Shown here in pieces: positions 60,873 through 64,000 of a stretch of 64,000 nucleotides of DNA. The notes beneath the pieces were generated by a model, which was not told the DNA's origin, did not search any database, and saw only the letters and a program-made list of their open reading frames with translations. The stretch lies in contig CAWCXJ010000007.1 of NCBI GenBank assembly GCA_963799485.1, forward strand, positions 224,001-288,000, in the 5' to 3' direction. The DNA comes from an uncultured Trueperaceae bacterium. GTDB lineage: Bacteria; Deinococcota; Deinococci; Deinococcales; Trueperaceae. Each line of letters begins with the position of its first letter. Within the stretch, counting starts at the first letter, position 1. The translations under genes and the position numbers were made by a program.

Positions 60873-63596
60873 ATGACCCAGACGAAAATCATCAACCCGA
60901 CCTGCGAATACCGCACCAATCCTTTAGGCATCGATGTAACGGTTCCGCGCCTGAGCTGGCAGTTGGGGACCTCCCGGCAGGGCGCGCGGCAGACGGCTTA
61001 CCGGATTTTGGCCGCGAGCAGCCCTGAGCTGACCGAAGAAAGCGCCGATTGGGACAGCGGCAAAGTCGAATCCGATGCGTCAGTTCACGTACTTTACGGC
61101 GGCGACGCGCTCCGGTCGCGTCAGCGGGTGTACTGGCGCGTGACGGTCTGGGACGAGACCGGCGCGGCGTCAGAAAGCGACGTGGCTTGGTTTGAAATGG
61201 GTTTGCTTTCACGTGACGACTGGCAAGCAGGGTGGATCGGTGCGGCGCTTACAGGCGGCGCACGCTCGTCGGTTCCGGTGCCTTTTTTACGCAAGGCTTT
61301 CAAGCTACCTGCCGAAGTCGTGTCCGCCCGGCTTTACGTTACGGCGCTCGGAGTGTACGAATGCTGGCTGAACGGCGCGCGTGTCGGTGAGGACATTCTT
61401 GCGCCGGGTTGGACGGACTATCAAAAACGCGTGCGCTACGGGACTTACGACGTAACCGAATTGCTTCAAGGGGGCGAAAACGCGTTCGGCGCTATTCTGG
61501 GTGACGGTTGGGCGGTCGGCTTCGTCGGTCTGGGTCAGCGCCAGCGCTACTATGACCAGCCCCGACTGCTGGCGCAGCTCGAGCTGACCCTCCCGGACGG
61601 GACAAGGGAAGTCATCGTCAGCGACGAGAGCTGGGCGCATCAGTTCGGCCCTTTAATTGAAAGCGACATGTTTATGGGCGAAGCTTACGACGCGCGGCTC
61701 GAGCTGCCCGGTTGGGACAGACCCGACTACAACGCGCAGAGCTGGCTACCCGTTCAGGTTTACGGCGACCCCGAGATAGAACTCGAGGCGACCAACGGCC
61801 CAACTATCAGGAAGATTGAAGAACTCAAACCCGTCGGCGAACCAACTGATGTGAGCGACATGATCCGGCGGCGGTTCATTTTCGATTTGGGTCAAAACAT
61901 GGTCGGCTGGGTGCGCTTTCAGGGCAGCGCTCCGGCGGGTACGACCGTCGTCCTCCGCTTCGGCGAAGTCTTGAATCCCGACGGCAGCCTCTACACCACC
62001 AACTTGCGCGACGCGCGTGCGACCGACGTGTACACCTTTAAGGGCCACGGGCTCGAGGTCTGGGAGCCGCGCTTTACCTTTCACGGATTTCGCTACGCCG
62101 AGCTGACGGGTTATCCCGGCGACGTAACGACTGAAACTATCACAGGCGTCGTCCTCCACTCCGAGATGGCGCAGACCGGGAGTTTTGAATGCTCGAGCAG
62201 CGTCATCAATCAGCTCCAGCACAACATCCTCTGGGGTCAAAAAGGAAACTTTCTCGATGTGCCGACCGACTGCCCGCAACGCGATGAGCGCCTCGGCTGG
62301 ACAGGCGACATTCAGGTCTTCGCGCGGACAGCAGCCTTTAACATGAACGTCGCCGGATTTATGACCAAATGGCTCCACGACGTGGCCGACGCGCAGAGTG
62401 ACGCCGGAGCCGTCCCGCCGGTCGTCCCGTCGGTCATGACAGGCTTCGACGACGGCGGCCCGGCCTGGGCCGACGCCGCGGTTATCTGCCCGTGGACAGT
62501 CTATCTCTGTTACGGCGACGCGCGCGTTCTGGAAGAAAACTACGCGGTCATGACCCGCTTTATGGACTTCTTGCACGAAACCAGTCCCGGTCTGGTGCGC
62601 TGCGCCCCCGACTATGAGGGCTGGCAGGGGTTCGGCGACTGGTTGTCCATCAACGCCGACACCCCCCGCGACCTTATCGGCACGGCGTTTTACGCTTACG
62701 ACGCGTGGCTTATGGGCGATATTGCCGAGGTGCTCGGGCATACCGACGACGCCCAAAAGTACCGCGACCTCTTTGATGAGATAAAAGGCGTGTTTCAGAA
62801 GCGCTTCCTCAAAGGGAGGCGAACTGAAGCTGGTGCGGCAAAAGCCGCGAGAGTTGACCTCAGCCAGGCCGACGCCGTTTCACGCGGGAACCTCGAGGTC
62901 AAAGATTACGGCCCGGTCACGTCAGACGTTTACGACACCGGGCTCTTTACCCCAACGCAGACCGCCTATGTGCTGGCGCTGCATTTCGGCCTCCTGCCGG
63001 ACGCCCTGCAACCCGTAGCCGCCGACGAACTCGTCGCCGACATCGAACGCCGCGACCTGCACCTCTCGACCGGCTTTGTCGGCGCGCCGTACTTGCCGCA
63101 CGTGCTGAGCGCACACGGTAAAACGGAAACGGCCTTCAAGCTGTTAGCGCAGACGACTTGGCCCTCGTGGCTCTACTCCGTCACTCAGGGTGCGACGACC
63201 ATCTGGGAGCGCTGGGACGGCTGGACGGAGGAGCGCGGGTTTCAGGACGCGGGCATGAACTCGTTTAACCACTACGCTTACGGCTCTATCGGGGCGTGGC
63301 TTTATCAAAATGTGGCGGGTTTAGAGCCCGGTTTACCCGGCTACAAGCACATCGTGATCAAGCCGCAGCCGGGAGGCAGCCTGACTTGGGCCCATGCCTC
63401 GCTCGCTTCCCCTTACGGGCAGATTGCGGTGTCGTGGCGTTTGGAGGGTGAGGCGCTAAAGCTCGAGGTGACAGTTCCACCGAACACCACGGCGACGCTC
63501 ACACTACCTGAGGGTTACAGGCTTGACGAGAGTGAGGCGGAACTAGGGGCCGGAACTTATACCAAGACCCTCGCGAGAACCGACGTGGCTACCTGA
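60873..63596 (+). CDS. GH78 alpha-L-rhamnosidase
   Basis: PTDCPQRDERLGWTGD, GATTIWERWD, MNSFNHYAYG. Confidence 0.93.
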   Translation: MTQTKIINPTCEYRTNPLGIDVTVPRLSWQLGTSRQGARQTAYRILAASSPELTEESADWDSGKVESDASVHVLYGGDALRSRQRVYWRVTVWDETGAASESDVAWFEMGLLSRDDWQAGWIGAALTGGARSSVPVPFLRKAFKLPAEVVSARLYVTALGVYECWLNGARVGEDILAPGWTDYQKRVRYGTYDVTELLQGGENAFGAILGDGWAVGFVGLGQRQRYYDQPRLLAQLELTLPDGTREVIVSDESWAHQFGPLIESDMFMGEAYDARLELPGWDRPDYNAQSWLPVQVYGDPEIELEATNGPTIRKIEELKPVGEPTDVSDMIRRRFIFDLGQNMVGWVRFQGSAPAGTTVVLRFGEVLNPDGSLYTTNLRDARATDVYTFKGHGLEVWEPRFTFHGFRYAELTGYPGDVTTETITGVVLHSEMAQTGSFECSSSVINQLQHNILWGQKGNFLDVPTDCPQRDERLGWTGDIQVFARTAAFNMNVAGFMTKWLHDVADAQSDAGAVPPVVPSVMTGFDDGGPAWADAAVICPWTVYLCYGDARVLEENYAVMTRFMDFLHETSPGLVRCAPDYEGWQGFGDWLSINADTPRDLIGTAFYAYDAWLMGDIAEVLGHTDDAQKYRDLFDEIKGVFQKRFLKGRRTEAGAAKAARVDLSQADAVSRGNLEVKDYGPVTSDVYDTGLFTPTQTAYVLALHFGLLPDALQPVAADELVADIERRDLHLSTGFVGAPYLPHVLSAHGKTETAFKLLAQTTWPSWLYSVTQGATTIWERWDGWTEERGFQDAGMNSFNHYAYGSIGAWLYQNVAGLEPGLPGYKHIVIKPQPGGSLTWAHASLASPYGQIAVSWRLEGEALKLEVTVPPNTTATLTLPEGYRLDESEAELGAGTYTKTLARTDVAT

Positions 63597-63713
63597 GCTC
63601 AGCTCGGGATTTCGCGCAACCTTTTGCGTTTACGGTTCGGTTCGACGTTTACGTCAACGCTCACGCCGCACACGAGAAGGTGGTACCCGAAAGCCTGCTC
63701 GCGGGTTTGCCGC

Positions 63714-64000
63714 CTATCCCGGCTCGAGCTGGGCAAAGACCATCCGCCCGACCTGCGTTTGCAGGTGACTGGTGACGGCGGCGCTGACTCGTTGCCCGAC
63801 CAATTCGCTCGCGCCCTCGACGACGACCATCGTCCCGTCGTCGAGATATGCCAAACCCTGCCCCGGTTCACGGCCGGGTTTGGTGATCTGCACGCGCAGC
63901 GTCTCGCCGGTGGCAAACTCGGGTCTCAAGGCGTTGGCGAGGGCGTTGGGGTTTAAGACCTCAACGCCGCCGACCGCCGCGACCCGCGCCAGGTTGTAGT
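63714..64000 (-). CDS. PIN/TRAM domain protein (YacL-like), C-terminal part
   Basis: YNLARVA..VLNPNALANALRP...KPGREPGQGLAYLDDGTMVVVE...QTQVGRMVFA. Confidence 0.9.
   Translation of the reverse strand, partial: YNLARVAAVGGVEVLNPNALANALRPEFATGETLRVQITKPGREPGQGLAYLDDGTMVVVEGASELVGQRVSAAVTSHLQTQVGRMVFAQLEPG

Noticed and set aside
61746..62756. 336-aa antisense ORF
   Set aside because: Shadow of the GH78 gene with no recognisable motifs.

Overview
Chromosomal window from a GC-rich Deinococcota bacterium, most likely Trueperaceae-like (stand-alone Nqo15, E3-binding-domain coiled-coil protein, NDQ rhodopsin). Recognisable genes: pcrA/uvrD (partial), M42 peptidase, NDQ-motif Na+-pump rhodopsin, YpdA, a ~21 kb partly decayed peptide/amide catabolic region (two ABC systems, GntR, IclR, amidase, creatininase, M20/M32/M19/M24 peptidases), purA, glcDEF, a frameshifted class 3 FBPase, slyD, GGT with an ABC transporter, P450, a sugar ABC transporter with a GH78 rhamnosidase, and a PIN/TRAM gene (partial). 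Mobile debris includes IS5 remnants and a TIR-bounded IS630 joining two gene fragments. Main highlights: (1) an AT-rich insert with a DUF3800 gene and a convergent antisense structured RNA overlapping its frameshift-restored 3' end; (2) an orphan HEARO/omegaRNA-like element with no IscB; (3) strong over-representation of the 7-mer TTTACGG and of CTCGAG; (4) the NDQ sodium-pump rhodopsin. All family calls come from motif recognition by eye; no database searches were run.
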